NCBI GenBank assembly: GCA_964016885.1 | Contig: OZ024741.1 | Location: 355,198,001 to 355,262,000 of the forward strand | DNA length: 64,000 nucleotides | Direction: 5' to 3' | From: Eledone cirrhosa | Taxonomy: Eukaryota | Part shown: piece after piece, positions 25,215-38,329 of the stretch | Position numbering within the stretch: the stretch's first letter is position 1 | Layout: every line of letters begins with the position of its first letter | Notes under the pieces: model-generated | Told to the model about the DNA's origin: nothing | The model's input: only the letters and a program-made list of their open reading frames with translations | The model's database searches: none | Position numbers and translations under genes: made by a program

Positions 25215-28200
25215 CATCATCATCATTTTACGTCCGCTTTTCCCTGCTTGCAAGGGTTGGACGGGTCCTATTCAGCACAGCATCTCTCCACTTCTCATGG
25301 TCCTTCGTCATCTCCTCGGTGAGTTTCAGCAATCTGAGGTCTGCTCTCACCACCTCTGCCCATGTTTTACGTGGTCTACCTCTACTGCGTCTTCCTTCTA
25401 CTGGGATTTCTTGGCACTTCTTTACTCAGCGGTCATCCTTCATGAGCATCACATGTCCATACCATCTCAGCCTTCTCTCCTGCACACCACAACTTATCCC
25501 TCTTATATCCAGTTTCTTTCTCAACTCGTCTATGCTTGGTTGTTCACGCACATTGACATTGCACATCCAACGGAGCATACTTGCTTCATTTCTCTCCAGT
25601 TGTCACATATCCTCTGCAGTTGCTGCCCATGTCTCACTACCATGCAGTATCGCGCTTCTCGCACAGGCATCATATAACCGTCCTTTTGTACGCAGAGAGA
25701 AACCCTTTTGTCAACAAAGGAAGCAGCTCCCTAACTTCCAACCCATCCTTATTCTAGATACTATGGCCTCGGAACACCCTCCTCCCATGATAATCTGATC
25801 ATCTAGGTTCCGGAAGCTATCAACCACTTCTATAGAACCCACCTGCATTGGAAAAATGTGTCTATCACTGCGATTACTACTGCCAACTTTCCCTGTACAT
25901 CTACTGCATACGTAGTTTTCCCTACCTGTTAGTTTGCCTGCTATCCCACTACATCTCTTGTGTACCCAAGATCTGCATTGCGTACATTTTATGGAATTTA
26001 TGCCAGTTCCTTTCCTACATATCGAACATGGCCATTTCCCTGATGAAATCAGAGTATTGTCCTCTCTTCTACTTATCAACACTTTTGTCTTAGCTATGTT
26101 CACTCTTAGTCCTCTTGATTCCAACTGCTATTTCCATAGCCAGAATTTATTCTCTAGCTCCTCTACTGATTCTGCTATAAGAACCAGATCATCAGCATAG
26201 AAGTTCCCATGGGCATCCAGTCTTAAACTTGTTATGGCTTGGAGGACTATAATGAACAAGAGCGGGCTGAGGACTGAACCCTGATGTACACCTACTTGTA
26301 TCTGGAATTCTCCACTAAACTGCATACCTCCTCTCACTTTACTGACAGCACCCCTGTACATAGCTTGCACTGCCCTCACAAGCCATTCCTCTACATCTAG
26401 TTTCCTTAGGAACCACCAGATGACAGATCGGGGTACCCTATCAAAGGCCTTCTCTAGGTCAACAAAAGCTAAGTATAGTGTCTTATTCTTCTCTAAGAAC
26501 TTATCTTGTAGTTGCCTCACTAAGAAGAGGGCATCTATTGTACTTTTCCGAGGCACAAAACCAAACTGCATCTCATCTAATTTGACCCTTTCTCTAATCA
26601 GTTGCGCTAATATTCTCTCTGCCACTTTCATAACCTGATCCATCAGCTTTATGCCCCTATAATTGCTCCTCTCTAGAGCATCCCCTTTACCTTTGTAGCA
26701 ATTTATGAGAATACTGCTGCACCAGTCTTGGGTATGACACCACCATATATAACTTGATTGATGATGCGTGCAACCAGTTTAGTGCCTACTTCTCCTGATG
26801 CCTTCAGCGTCTCAGCAACTATCCCCGATGGTCCAGCAGCCTTACCATTCTTCATTTCTTTAATTGCCTCTTGTACCCTATATTCGTCAATCTCAATAGC
26901 TGGTCCCTCTGTCGGGTCTACTGGGGGTAATTTCTCTGTCCCATTCGTTCTCCACATTCATCAGTCTCTCATAGTGACATTTCCAGGCCTCCTTTTTTTT
27001 TTTTTTTTTTTTAATCATTTGTGACACTAAGAACACCGGCATCATTCTGGACACACTTATCTCCAACAACATCCTGATTTGCACTGACACACTGCCTTGC
27101 AATGCGGAACACCGCACGTTTCTGATCTTCTCATTGCAAAACATTGGCAAACCTCCTACTCTCAGCCTCCCTGCGTGCTAATTACACCTGACGTCTAGCT
27201 TCCTCCTAGCAGCTGTGTATCCTTCCCTACTCCCACCATTTTTCCAAGCCTTCCATGCTAGTCTTTTGTCTCTAATGGCCCTATCTACCATGCTGTTCCA
27301 CCACCAGGTCACTCTCTGTCTGGTTGAAGCTCTGCCCCAACCACACACAAGTTTCTTCAGTAGCCTGCAGTAAGTTGTCCCGTAAGAAATTCCAGTTATC
27401 ATCTATGTCATAGAACTCTAAATCGTCTTTTTTTCATCATACACGTCTTGAAGGGATTTGCTAAGTTTATATTTTAATGAAAGGTTTTTTAACTTCCAGA
27501 TCTTTCTTTTCCACACCTTCCGTATGTTTCATTCTTACTGAGATGTCACTAACGACTAACCTATGCTGTGGGGTACATTCTTCCCCAGGGTATGCCTTAG
27601 TATTTGACACCATCTGTCTGTCTCGCTGTCTAACTAGCAGGAAGTCAATCTGGCTTATGTGCTCGCCTGATTTGTAGGTTATTAGGTGGTTGGTAGGCTT
27701 CTGGAAGTTAGTGTTGCAAATGGTTAGTGCATTTGCATTACAAAATTCAAGAAGCCTCACTCCTTCATTTCTTGAGCCGTAACCATGTACCCTAGTGAAT
27801 CCATCCTGGAGCTGTCCAACATGTCCATTGAAGTCCCCTGCTAGCATAACGATGTTTCTGTCCTCTGTCATTGAGGCTGTTTGTAAAAGTTTCTCGTAAA
27901 AGCAGTCTTTCTCTTCTTTACCTAGGCCTGCCTGGGGAGCATAGGTAGAGATGATTGTCAGTAGTCTCTTGCCTACAACTAACCTAAGCTTAATTATTCT
28001 ATTACTAACTCTATTGTCTTATTGATCCATCTCTCAGCCAGTAATATGCCCACCTAACCCATCATCATTACCCACCCAGAAAAGCTTATAACTATGATTA
28101 ATCTTGCAGAGGCATCTCTTCATCTCACCTCTTGCACACAGTACACATCCCTTCTCTCCAGCATCTCCGCTATCTCACCAGATCTACCTGTTAGAGTGCC

Positions 28201-28400
28201 AACATTAAGTGTGGCAACTCTGAGATGCGATGTCTCGTTCTTTTTCCTGTTGTGCGATTGCTTGATGACAGTCATAGGGTTCTCCCACATGGCCTCACTA
28301 GCCACCCCACTACCGTGCGCAGCCCTAACATGGTTAGTGTTATTGCTGTTTGCGCAGTTGTTTTTGTGTAATCTGGGATGGACACACGCATGAAACTTGC
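25215..28400 (-). mobile_element. Near-full-length frameshifted RTE LINE (APE endonuclease and reverse transcriptase)
   Basis: LRVATLNVGT..VQEVR, AGDFNGHVG, SQIDFLL, QFGFVP, AFVDLEKAFDRVPR, GVHQGSVLSPLLF and YADDLVL. (atg)n tail at 25215-25227. Confidence 0.93.
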
Positions 28401-28580
28401 TGGGTAAGTTCTGCCTAAATTTCTATAGAAATTCCTAACTGTGAACCTTCATTTTTATACCAATTTGTAGAGGGACTGCCAGGTCAAATTTTTATCTGGT
28501 CAGTCTCTCAAAATATTCTACGCCTTTAGGCGAAATAGTACATAAAAAGTTTTTTTTTGAAAAGCTAACATTTAAAAAAA

Positions 28581-29240
28581 ATGGCTGAAGCTTCTTCAAC
28601 ATTCAAAGGAGCAAAGGGGTAGATATGCTTACAGCTTCCCTCTGCCACTGTCATAGTAGCAGATGTCAAAGACAAAGGTCACCCAGAGGAAGGATTTTCA
28701 CCCCCTGCTGACCGACAACTTGACGTTGCCATGGCAACAAACCAAAACAACACAACCAGTGGCACCAACAACAACAATGCTATGAACGAAAACACAACTT
28801 CACAAATGAATTCTGCAACCACAGATCAAGTAATTGAGAACTACAACAACAACAACAACGATGACAACAACAACAACAATGATGATACCAACAGCAGCAA
28901 CAATAATGACAACACCACCAACAAAAACAACTCCACAAACAAGGAAAAAAAGGTTTCGTTTGCACAAACTATCCAAAAGACAGAACTATAGACATCTCTA
29001 ATGCCGGAGAATTGCTAAGAGATGCCAAGCAATATATAACTTTTGGGGAGAATGGCACTTTTAGCATCACTTCTCCCCAAGAATTGCGTAGAGACACTGT
29101 CCTGAAAACCATAGTTTTTAGGACAATCTCAAAATCCACCAGAAAACCAGCTCAATTAACTCAAAACGAAATTGAGCTGGTTCTAAGAAACTCCATGAAG
29201 GACATTACCTTCATACAGAAGGGAAAACTCTTCGGAAGTT
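28581..29240 (+). mobile_element. Disrupted ORF with an Asn/Thr-rich N-terminus; probable L1/Tx1-like ORF1 fragment
   Basis: MAEASS.., an (AAC)n-rich low-complexity tract, KKVSFAQTIQK, then TIVFR..EIELVL..FIQKGKLFGS, ending abruptly at a SINE remnant. The family call is by resemblance only. Confidence 0.45.
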
Positions 29241-30852
29241 TATCCCAGAAAGAATGAAAGGCAAATTTAAACCTCAGTGAGATTTCAACTAGGAATTTAA
29301 GGAAAACCAGATTAAATGCTGAGGCATTTAACCTAATGCTTTAATGAATGCCAATTCACTGCCTCTCTAAACTCACCAAAAGATGAAGAGAAGCAAACAA
29401 ACTTTCCAAGATAGGCGGTAAATTTTTCCTATGATTTCTAATTAGATTTTTTTCAAATTGACACTAATGAGAACAATTAATTTTTCACTTGCTTTTCTTC
29501 ATGTCTATCTATTTTATTTCTTTATTCATTTATTATTATTTTTTTAAGAAGCAACTAAATATTTCTGAGAATCCAAGTCGCAGCAAATGAAAGGAGTTGT
29601 GGTGGAAGTGGTGGTAGTGATGGGGGGGGGGGGGGGGGGGCAATCTGTGAGAAATTTTTTTCTCTTAAAAAGGTATATGTGTGAGTGTGTATATTTATAT
29701 ATATACACACACACACATATATAAAGATCAAGATAACATACAGTGGTGAGAAAACTTTGAACCTGTCACAACCTCTCGGGGAAACGCCTTCTCTATTCTG
29801 TCTGCTGGGGCCGGGGGTGGCCAGCGCATGTCCCTCATTTGCTCATAATAGTGATAGATAGGGAAAATGGGAGAGATGGAGGCAGTGACAATGGGAGTTT
29901 GGTTCCATTGTGTTAGGACCTGGTGTATATGTATATATTTATTTATCACACCACATTTTATTAACACCTTTAGTTAAATGTTAATACAATTATCACTCTT
30001 TCTATATTTTGTAACTTAACATATGGTCCTTATATAAAATTATTTTGGAAGATTTTGATGATAAAAAAAAAATGCAAAGACAGCTGATTACTATAAGTAA
30101 TACCTTAGAAAATCAGGTAAAATACCCCTATAGATGGAAAAAAGCTGACTGTTCTAACCATTGAGCCAAACGACTTCTGACAACAATCATGTCCAAATTA
30201 GAAAGCTAATTCTTACAGCTTTTACATGTAAACAATATTGTATGTAAAGTATCAAACTTTTGAAGTGAGGCATTTTAATCTGGACGGTGTTGTTGTCATC
30301 AGCACTTTAAAACAATCATTTTTTCTTCATACAATTAGGGGCAATTTCAGGTAGATTAATATCAAAAGGGATAACAAAGCAAATAAATATAAAGATAGAT
30401 GTATAGGTGGATATATAGACACACAGACAGATAGGCAGGTGTGTGGATATATGTATGATAAAATAGAAAGAACAACAGACATATACACCACCACCACTGC
30501 AACAAAATAAGTTTTGTAATTACTGGATTAAATACAAGGCAAGATTGTATAAAATAATCAAATGAAAAAAATTCTAATGTAAGGATAAATGGTAAAAACA
30601 ATGAGGGTGAGGGGAGGATTTTGCATGATGAGCTGACCTGACAGAAACAACAGCCAAATCAAATCCTACCATCTTAAAAAATAAAAGAGACATTGGATAA
30701 TATAGTTCTAGATTCTGCCTGGAAAAAAAAAACCAGATAGTTATGGCTAGGATTCTTGGTCAGAGCTAATCTGGGGGTAAAAAATAACAGACGCAAAATT
30801 ATTTAGTCAAACATTCTACTACACTGCCTTAAAAGTGGTTAAATTCATGAAA

Positions 30853-31062
30853 TAATAATAATGAAAATTGTGTAGTGCTCAGATTCACTACAACTCGTCA
30901 AAGGTGCATGTATAGTACATAGAACAATGTACAAATGTAATGAAAGTGAACTGTGTACGAGTCATGATATACACACATACATGTGTGCATGTGTATGGAG
31001 GGGGAATATTAGGTGTAGTGTTGGCGAATTTTGGGAAGCATGGAAGTTTTGAAGGATGCAGT
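30853..31062 (-). mobile_element. Short CR1-type 3' UTR fragment
   Basis: Colinear similarity to 14945-15185. Confidence 0.8.
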
Positions 31063-34000
31063 GAATAAAATAATTAAAACATATTTATTAAAATAGGCTT
31101 TATTGCACACTGTATATAAAAGTCAACTGTCAAAATTCCCTCCAAGCTTCAAATATTTTCATCCAGAGCCACTATTTGTTCACATTCATTTCTTAGTTAC
31201 AAATACAAAAAATAGAGATGAAATGGAAAGTATCCACCCCTTCTATTAACATTGAAAAATTATTAAAAAGAAAAGACTGACTACCAACTATTAGAAGGAA
31301 ATAGTTGGCCTTCTGAATCATACTCTTTCTATAAAACACTCAGTCCTGTGTTCTTTTAGTTCTTAACTAAATATCAATTTCTAAAATAAGCAGAGGGACT
31401 CAGTTTATAACAAAGAAAAAAAATTGAGACATGATTGTATTGATATCAGTGAAATGTCTACAACTAGGAATTCAAACTAGAATACAGTCTAAGCTGGTTA
31501 GAAGCTTAACTTATCTATCCTTTGTAAAAGATTTAAACATTTTATTATATTTCTAATGAAATATACTCTTTTACCTATTACAGCACGAGCTGCGGCCATG
31601 TTGGAGATTTTTAAAATAATTTTAAAAAATTGGAGGGATTTAGTAATATAACTTCCTTTATTAAAAAATTACACTACAATGTTGAAATTTAAATATGAAC
31701 AATTTCAAAACAAATGGTTTTTCATCCTAGAACCAGATGCGATTTCAAGCAGGTTGGTATCAAAAGGTTAATAGTAATTCCACACAATTTATCACCTAAT
31801 ACACCAGTCAAGTAGAGCAATAGCAGTGGTGGTAGAAATAGTAGTTAGTTTCATATATATGGCGCAAGGTTGATGTATAAATAATTGAATCAAGTCTCAA
31901 TATATGTTCAGTGCTTATTTTACCACTCTCAGATAGACGAAAGGTTCACTGAGTGTATCCAGTTTGGAATAGACAATAAAGGATGACTAAAAGGTTTGGT
32001 ACCAGGAAGAGCATCTGGCCATAAAATCTTGCCATAATGAGTATGAAACAGTTAACATCTGCTATAGTTCTTTCATAACTCTATTTCAATTATGTAATGA
32101 ATAATTTTGACTAAATTTATTACTAAGATTATAACAATATATGGTTCTTATATAAAATTATGTTGAAAGATAATTTAAATAGGAACCCTTTAACTTTTAC
32201 ATTACTCTATATTTACTATTGTATTTTCGCAGTACAGGCTTTACCTCACATAATAGTGAATCTATGAGATTTTGATATTTATTTTGAGAACAATACCTTA
32301 AAGTCAGTATGAGTGGCCGGTTACAGCTGGTTTGAACAGAAAGAGGTCAGAGAGTTCTGGTCAGATACAGACGGTTTAAATAAGTGATTTTGTTTCATAG
32401 AACCAGCCGGTTTTGGCTGGGTTGACATCAAATGAAACAAGATTCAACCTCAGAACATTAATGGATAGTAGTAAGTACTGATAAACAACAGCCTAGCATT
32501 TGTGTAATTGTGACTTAATAGTGTTAATTTGGGACCTTTCCTGTTCTGAGAACGCATGGATGTGTTTCTGAAAAGTTCTTCTGTAAAGTACAAGGCCTAT
32601 GCAAGTTTGTTTTTTTTAAAACAACCAGCTGAGACTTGCCTCTCAATGACACTAATGGTAATGCAAGCTTTGCACCAAAAATTTCCAATTGTTAAAACTA
32701 AGATATTTCCATCAACTAGACACAAAATTAGATTTCTAAAAAATGCAGGGCTAATACAGCTTTGTACCAGAAAATTCAAATCATTAAAACTATGATATTA
32801 TCATAAACTAAAATGAACAGGGAACAAATAAGATATTTTTAAAGAAAAATACTTTAATCCAGTTTTAAACTTTCAATCTGGCTCTTTTCATGTATTAAAT
32901 ATTTTGATTTTAGCTTGATCTGAGTTTTTTCTTCTCCCTTAGATTTTACTTTGCCCCTTTTGATACCAAACTGCCTGGATTTATAATGCTTATCTTTTTA
33001 AGACATTTCATCAAAATTTTGGCAATTTTTCTTAAGTAATGTTCGACTTACCAGCTTACTAATGAAAAAGTTTACAAAATTACCCCAAATTTTTGGTTTA
33101 TCTTCAAAATTATTGAGACATTTATGCAGTGTATTTCATGAGAAATACATTAATGAAAGGATTATTGAAATCAATTCAAAATTTTAAACTATAAAAGAAA
33201 AAAAAAAAAAAAAAAATCAAGCCAAAACTCCTATTTCTGTTAAATGTCCAAATTTGTATGAATACAGCATGCATCCAGTGTAGAATAAGTACACTGTATC
33301 CTTGCATTAGAGGTGACTAGAAGGGATGGCACCAGAAAGAGCATCATAAAACATTACCTCAGAAAGGACCCTGGGATGAGTATAAACCATGTTATGGGTC
33401 CCACAAGGCTAGCCCGTTTTAGCAACTTTCCCTTTAATCTTTTTGTAGTCAAAAGACAATGGATTAGTGAAATTGTTGGTCAAATGAGATGCCTCGTGAT
33501 ATTTGTCCCATCTCTTTACATTCTGAGTTCATATTCTCCACCTACTACAGTCCTATCAATAATGCTTTTTTTTTACATTGGACTTGATGTCCAATGTAAA
33601 AAAAAAATATATATATATCTTAGGAAACTAATGAACCCCTCAAAAAATAAAAACCAATGTGGTGGGAGTTCATAAAAACCCTATTTATCTAGAGGATGTG
33701 GAAGGATTTTCCTCTACACCCTGACCCTTAAGACCCACCCAAAGATTCATGCTTTTTAACCCTTCCAATATCATATTTATGATGAAATGCACCACCTATA
33801 TTTTTCAATTTATTTTGTCTGAAGGGATTTAGTAAATTAAATAACTATATTATTTAGCTGGAGTTATTCTTCCATAACATTATTTTTCATTTAAATAGGA
33901 ATACTTTAAAACAAGAGGTTTGTCATAGAATTGGGATCGGTTGGTATGAAAACAGTTCACATACATTTCTTTATTTTTAAGAGTATCGTTATAGTTGTTC

Positions 34001-35009
34001 AGTTAATTTGAATTTGGTTGACATCAGTGGATTCTAGCAATAAATTTATTTAATGTTTTGTTTTATCCTTTGCTTCTTTATAGTATAGTTTACATGTGAC
34101 ATCACAATGTTACTGTTTAACCCCAGCCCAGCCACGACTGAGCAGATGTAAGTAATGTAGGTATGTTAAACTCCAAAGTTAAAAGACACACACACATATA
34201 TATATAGTTTCTGCAAAGTTTCTGTCAACCAAATTTCATCCACAAGGCATCGTTGAACTCCGGGTTATATTAGACACTTGCCCCAAGTGCCACACAATGA
34301 GACCTAACCCAAAACCATGTGGTTGTAAAGTATATAAGGAACATTCTAGATATGATGTATGCACACACACAATTACTTTCGTATAGTTGCCAAATAATTT
34401 AAATTAAAAAAATGTTATTTTTCATGTGTATTTTATTTTATTCTTTTGATGATGACATAAGGTGATATGGAGTTTTTGAGGAACCTCGCTACTGCCCAAA
34501 CACCCTGATGTTTTGCCAAATCTTTGTTGAAAACATACATACACTCAGCTTTGTAAATTATAGAACAGGAAAGGGTTGATCCTTAGATTTGACTAAGGAA
34601 ACTACATTTCCATTGTTGATATTATGTCAGTTTCAATTCCTGACAGAAGCATTACTTCTTTTCCAGAGACATGAGGCAGGATTTGAACTCAGAATATACA
34701 GAGCCAGAACAAATCTAGCAAGGCATTCCATCTGATGTTTTAACAATTCTGCCAATTCATTGGTACTTTATTTGACCCAAAAAAGATAAAAGGTAAAGTT
34801 AAAGTAGAAAAAAGAAATATATTCTCTGGAGCAGCTATTACATATAACTACTTCCTTAACCTATTGTAAGTGAAACTGCTGAGATAAAGGGTGTCTTTGA
34901 AAGAACACATTGTTGTGGTTTCAAAGTTGTCAGCTACAAGGAAGATAACTTGGACTTAGCAATGCAAAGTAAGCAAACACTTGGGTTCTTTTTCTTTTTT
35001 ACTGTTTAG

Positions 35010-35210
35010 TCAAGAAGGGAGGGCAGTGCTCATCACCCTTTTTCTGGGTCTCTGAGGAATGAAAGACTGTACACTCAAACTGGAGACTGCCCCAAATGTT
35101 TGCAACAAAGCGAGTGTGCTAAAGTCACCCAAAGGCCAGATGGTGGTAATAAACTGGGTAACTGAATATAAAGGAACATAAAATAATACAAGATATTTCA
35201 TTATGTTCAT
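35010..35210 (-). other. Candidate exon beginning exactly at the ATG of a 66-aa hydrophobic ORF
   Basis: Strong acceptor ttttttaaatttttgtttgacag|ATG at 35211/35210 in unique sequence. No recognisable homology. Confidence 0.3.
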
Positions 35211-36030
35211 CTGTCAAACAAAATTTAAAAAACAAAATTAAAAAAAGCACAATTTACAAGAATAGGAAGAAATTGTAATAATAGCATTAGTAGTTGTTAA
35301 AAAGTGTTAGAAGTATTTTGATAAATATGCAAAACAGCTTTCACCACAGCACATGATTAGTTATTGCTATGAGTAAAAAACAGTTGTATGTACGTGTCTA
35401 AACTATGTTTTTTATTGTTTAATGAAAGGGGGGGGGGGGGTAGTGCCAATCACTTTTTCCAGGGCCTTCAAGACTGGCAAGATGGAGGAAGGCATTATTA
35501 AACTGGAAACCTGGTTTGAATGGTTGCAACAGAGTGGATTCTGCTAAAAGGCACCAAAGGACCAGTAGTGGGTGCAATGAATAAATCTGTATCTGTGTGA
35601 ATGTACAAAGATATTTTTGTAATAAACATGTGTATACCTATAGTGTATGATGAACTATATGTAGACATATGTATGTTCATGCACATACATATATATATAA
35701 TAGCTAGCAGTGGTGGCTTCTTGGACAGTAATATAATCCCATCTAGCAACCAATTACTTCCAACCAAAAGCTATATTGACAAACATTGTGCTACAAAATG
35801 TCTTATTTGTTTTTCATCTTATATCACACATGCTGAACAGTAGCTTCATCAGTTACAGGTTTCCAATTATCAAAATCTAAGAGTAATAAGGGAGTGTCTG
35901 TGACTTGATGCAAAACATCTATCATAATGGACTTGTTTTCCCACTGAAATACATTGACAAAATACATACTTACACACACACATATATACACACACACACA
36001 CATATATATATATATATCATCATTATCATC

Positions 36031-36081
<51 letters not shown>

Positions 36082-36089
36082 GACGAAGC

Positions 36090-36300
36090 CAACTCATGGC
36101 TAAGTATGACCACTTAGAAAAAACAGACATTGGCAAAAACATGTTATTGATGTTGCCTAAGATGGCTCATCAAACCAGTGTGCAGTTAGGTTTCTTGCCT
36201 GCTTCAGTTTGATTGGCATGGCATACTTTGTGGTGCTGTATTTGTCCACCTGCAGAGTGACACACTTTGGTACAGATGCTACATGTCATTTCCATGAGTA
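36090..36300 (-). mobile_element. Probable LINE (RTE-like) C-terminal zinc-finger remnant between microsatellites
   Basis: MTCSICTKVCHSAGGQIQHHKVCH, flanked by (TA)n. Confidence 0.45.
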
Positions 36301-36301
36301 T

Positions 36302-36339
<38 letters not shown>

Positions 36340-37097
36340 GTGTGTGTGTGTGTGTGTACAAATATTCAAATATTGTATGGTGGGCAGATAATTGGAGAAT
36401 TGGAGTAATTAGTTGTTGGTTCACAGAATATAAGAGTCAGACAATATGGATGATATTTGAGATCTAGTGTAGGCATGTAGTTTATAGTTGGTTTTTATTT
36501 TCTGAGTGTATTGTTTATAGCTTTGAGTTTATTCTAGATGTATATACATTCAGATTTAGGTATTTAATAGTCTTATTTATGTATATTTATGTCATACCTT
36601 GAGACGTAGTCCGAGATCCCTGTTGACAGGTCTCTGGCATACATGTACTTTGGTGGATTAGGCTATTATTACATTTAATTGTGTTTGCGGATAATTTTAG
36701 ATGTATTTATGTTCAGTTTTGGGCAACTGACGATCTTTATATATATATATTTATATATAATCAAATGAAGCAACGGAATAAAGAACTCGGGTTAATCCTT
36801 GTAATTTAATGAGCTCAAGGAAGTAATGAAAACACATTTTCTTGCATTCTCTCCTCTCTATATTATATTATATATATATGTATATAATATGGAACATATA
36901 GATGGATAGATACAACAGGTTTCCATATCTCTGCCTACCAAATGCCACTCAGCCTGAGACTAATGTAGATGGCACTTGCTCAGTCTTACACAACTGGTTC
37001 AAACCCAGAACTATGTGGTTGTGAAGCAGATCCCTTAACCACACAGCCAAGTCTACTTGCCACACTTTAACAGAATTTTTTTTTTTATATTTCAGCA

Positions 37098-37320
37098 AGT
37101 TTGATAGCTGGACTGACCAACAAGGTGATGTGATATGGCTAAACTGACTGACAACATGAGATGTTTGATGGCTAGACTAACCAGCAGCACACTTTAATGG
37201 CTTGTCTCATCAACAACATCATGTTTAATAGCTAGACTGACTAAAACCATTGTACGACTGATGGTTAAACTGACAGACTATTTGATAGTTGTACAAGCCA
37301 ACAACACTGTTGACCAAACT
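37098..37320. repeat. Degenerate tandem repeat of about 30 bp downstream of the C6orf120-like stop codon
   Basis: Recurring tttgat(a/g)gctagactga(c/t)caacaac-like units, about 7 copies. Confidence 0.6.
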
Positions 37321-37717
37321 AACACCAAAAAAGAAAAGCTATAAGTCTGATTGTTAAACAATTCAGTATAACACCATATTTCCAAAAAAACCATGTCTCA
37401 CAAAGCTTCCTCTTTAAAACACTTTTTTGCTTTCACGACAAATACTTCTACATCAATGCCATCACCATCTTCATCATTACCACCACCACCTCTGTTGTTA
37501 ATAACCAGCTCTATAAATACATTGCAAATTCAGTATTTTTTTTTTTGCTTTTTCTCCAGACTTATTAAAAAATGTCCTTTATTGTTCTTTTTCCCCTTCT
37601 GCCATGTATTTTCTTATAGAACCAAAGAAATTCTGCTGCTACTGTAGCATATTTTTATTTTCTTCATCCATCATCCACACAAATTCCTGCATCATTCACT
37701 ACACATCTCAGTTATTG

Positions 37718-38329
37718 TTATAACAAAATATCGAAAATAAATTTTAGAACATAAATAAAAAGAGCCCAGATGAAGGACTCTACATCTTCCCCTTCCTCTT
37801 CCCATCCTTCATAGACATCACTATCATGCTTTGTGTCTCTGACTTTATGTTGCTTTGGTTGTGAATCTTCTGGCCTTTCAGAGCTATAGCTGATCTCATC
37901 TGGTTCATATTCAGGAGGAGTATAGCGCTCCTTAGCAGCCATTCTCTCATATTCATCTGGATCATCAATGTCAGTTAGATATATAAAGGTCAGTTCGTAG
38001 TTTGATTTTTCCATAAGAGGATAACCAAATACACCAACACTGACAGGCCGCTTAAACCTTGCAGGTACATCCACTGATTCTTGACCACATGTAGCTGAGT
38101 AGAGTTCAAAGTTGTCGGGGTTTGGCTTTGTTGTCTTGTCTGAAACATACAGGTCAGCGTCACCTGTCACAGAGACAAGCAACACTCGAATTCGTCCTGT
38201 CCATCTCAAGTGGTGACTTGTAACATTTTTGCTACCAACGGTTCCTTTTAACTTGAAGAGAAAACGTTCTCCATTCGCACAGGGTAACTTAACAGAAAGA
38301 ATTAGCAGTAAGATCATCAGCAATTTCAT
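37718..38329 (-). CDS. C6orf120: UPF0669 protein C6orf120 homolog (203 aa; signal peptide, beta-sandwich domain, acidic linker, C-terminal hydrophobic helix)
   Basis: MKLLMILLLILS signal peptide; G.VGSKNVT, LVSVTGDADLYVSD, YSATCGQESVDVPARFKRPVSVGVFGYP; C-terminal ESFIWALFIYVLKFIFDILL, typical of the family. Splice acceptor tcttctccag at 38389, 59 nt before the ATG. Confidence 0.92.
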   Translation of the reverse strand: MKLLMILLLILSVKLPCANGERFLFKLKGTVGSKNVTSHHLRWTGRIRVLLVSVTGDADLYVSDKTTKPNPDNFELYSATCGQESVDVPARFKRPVSVGVFGYPLMEKSNYELTFIYLTDIDDPDEYERMAAKERYTPPEYEPDEISYSSERPEDSQPKQHKVRDTKHDSDVYEGWEEEGEDVESFIWALFIYVLKFIFDILL

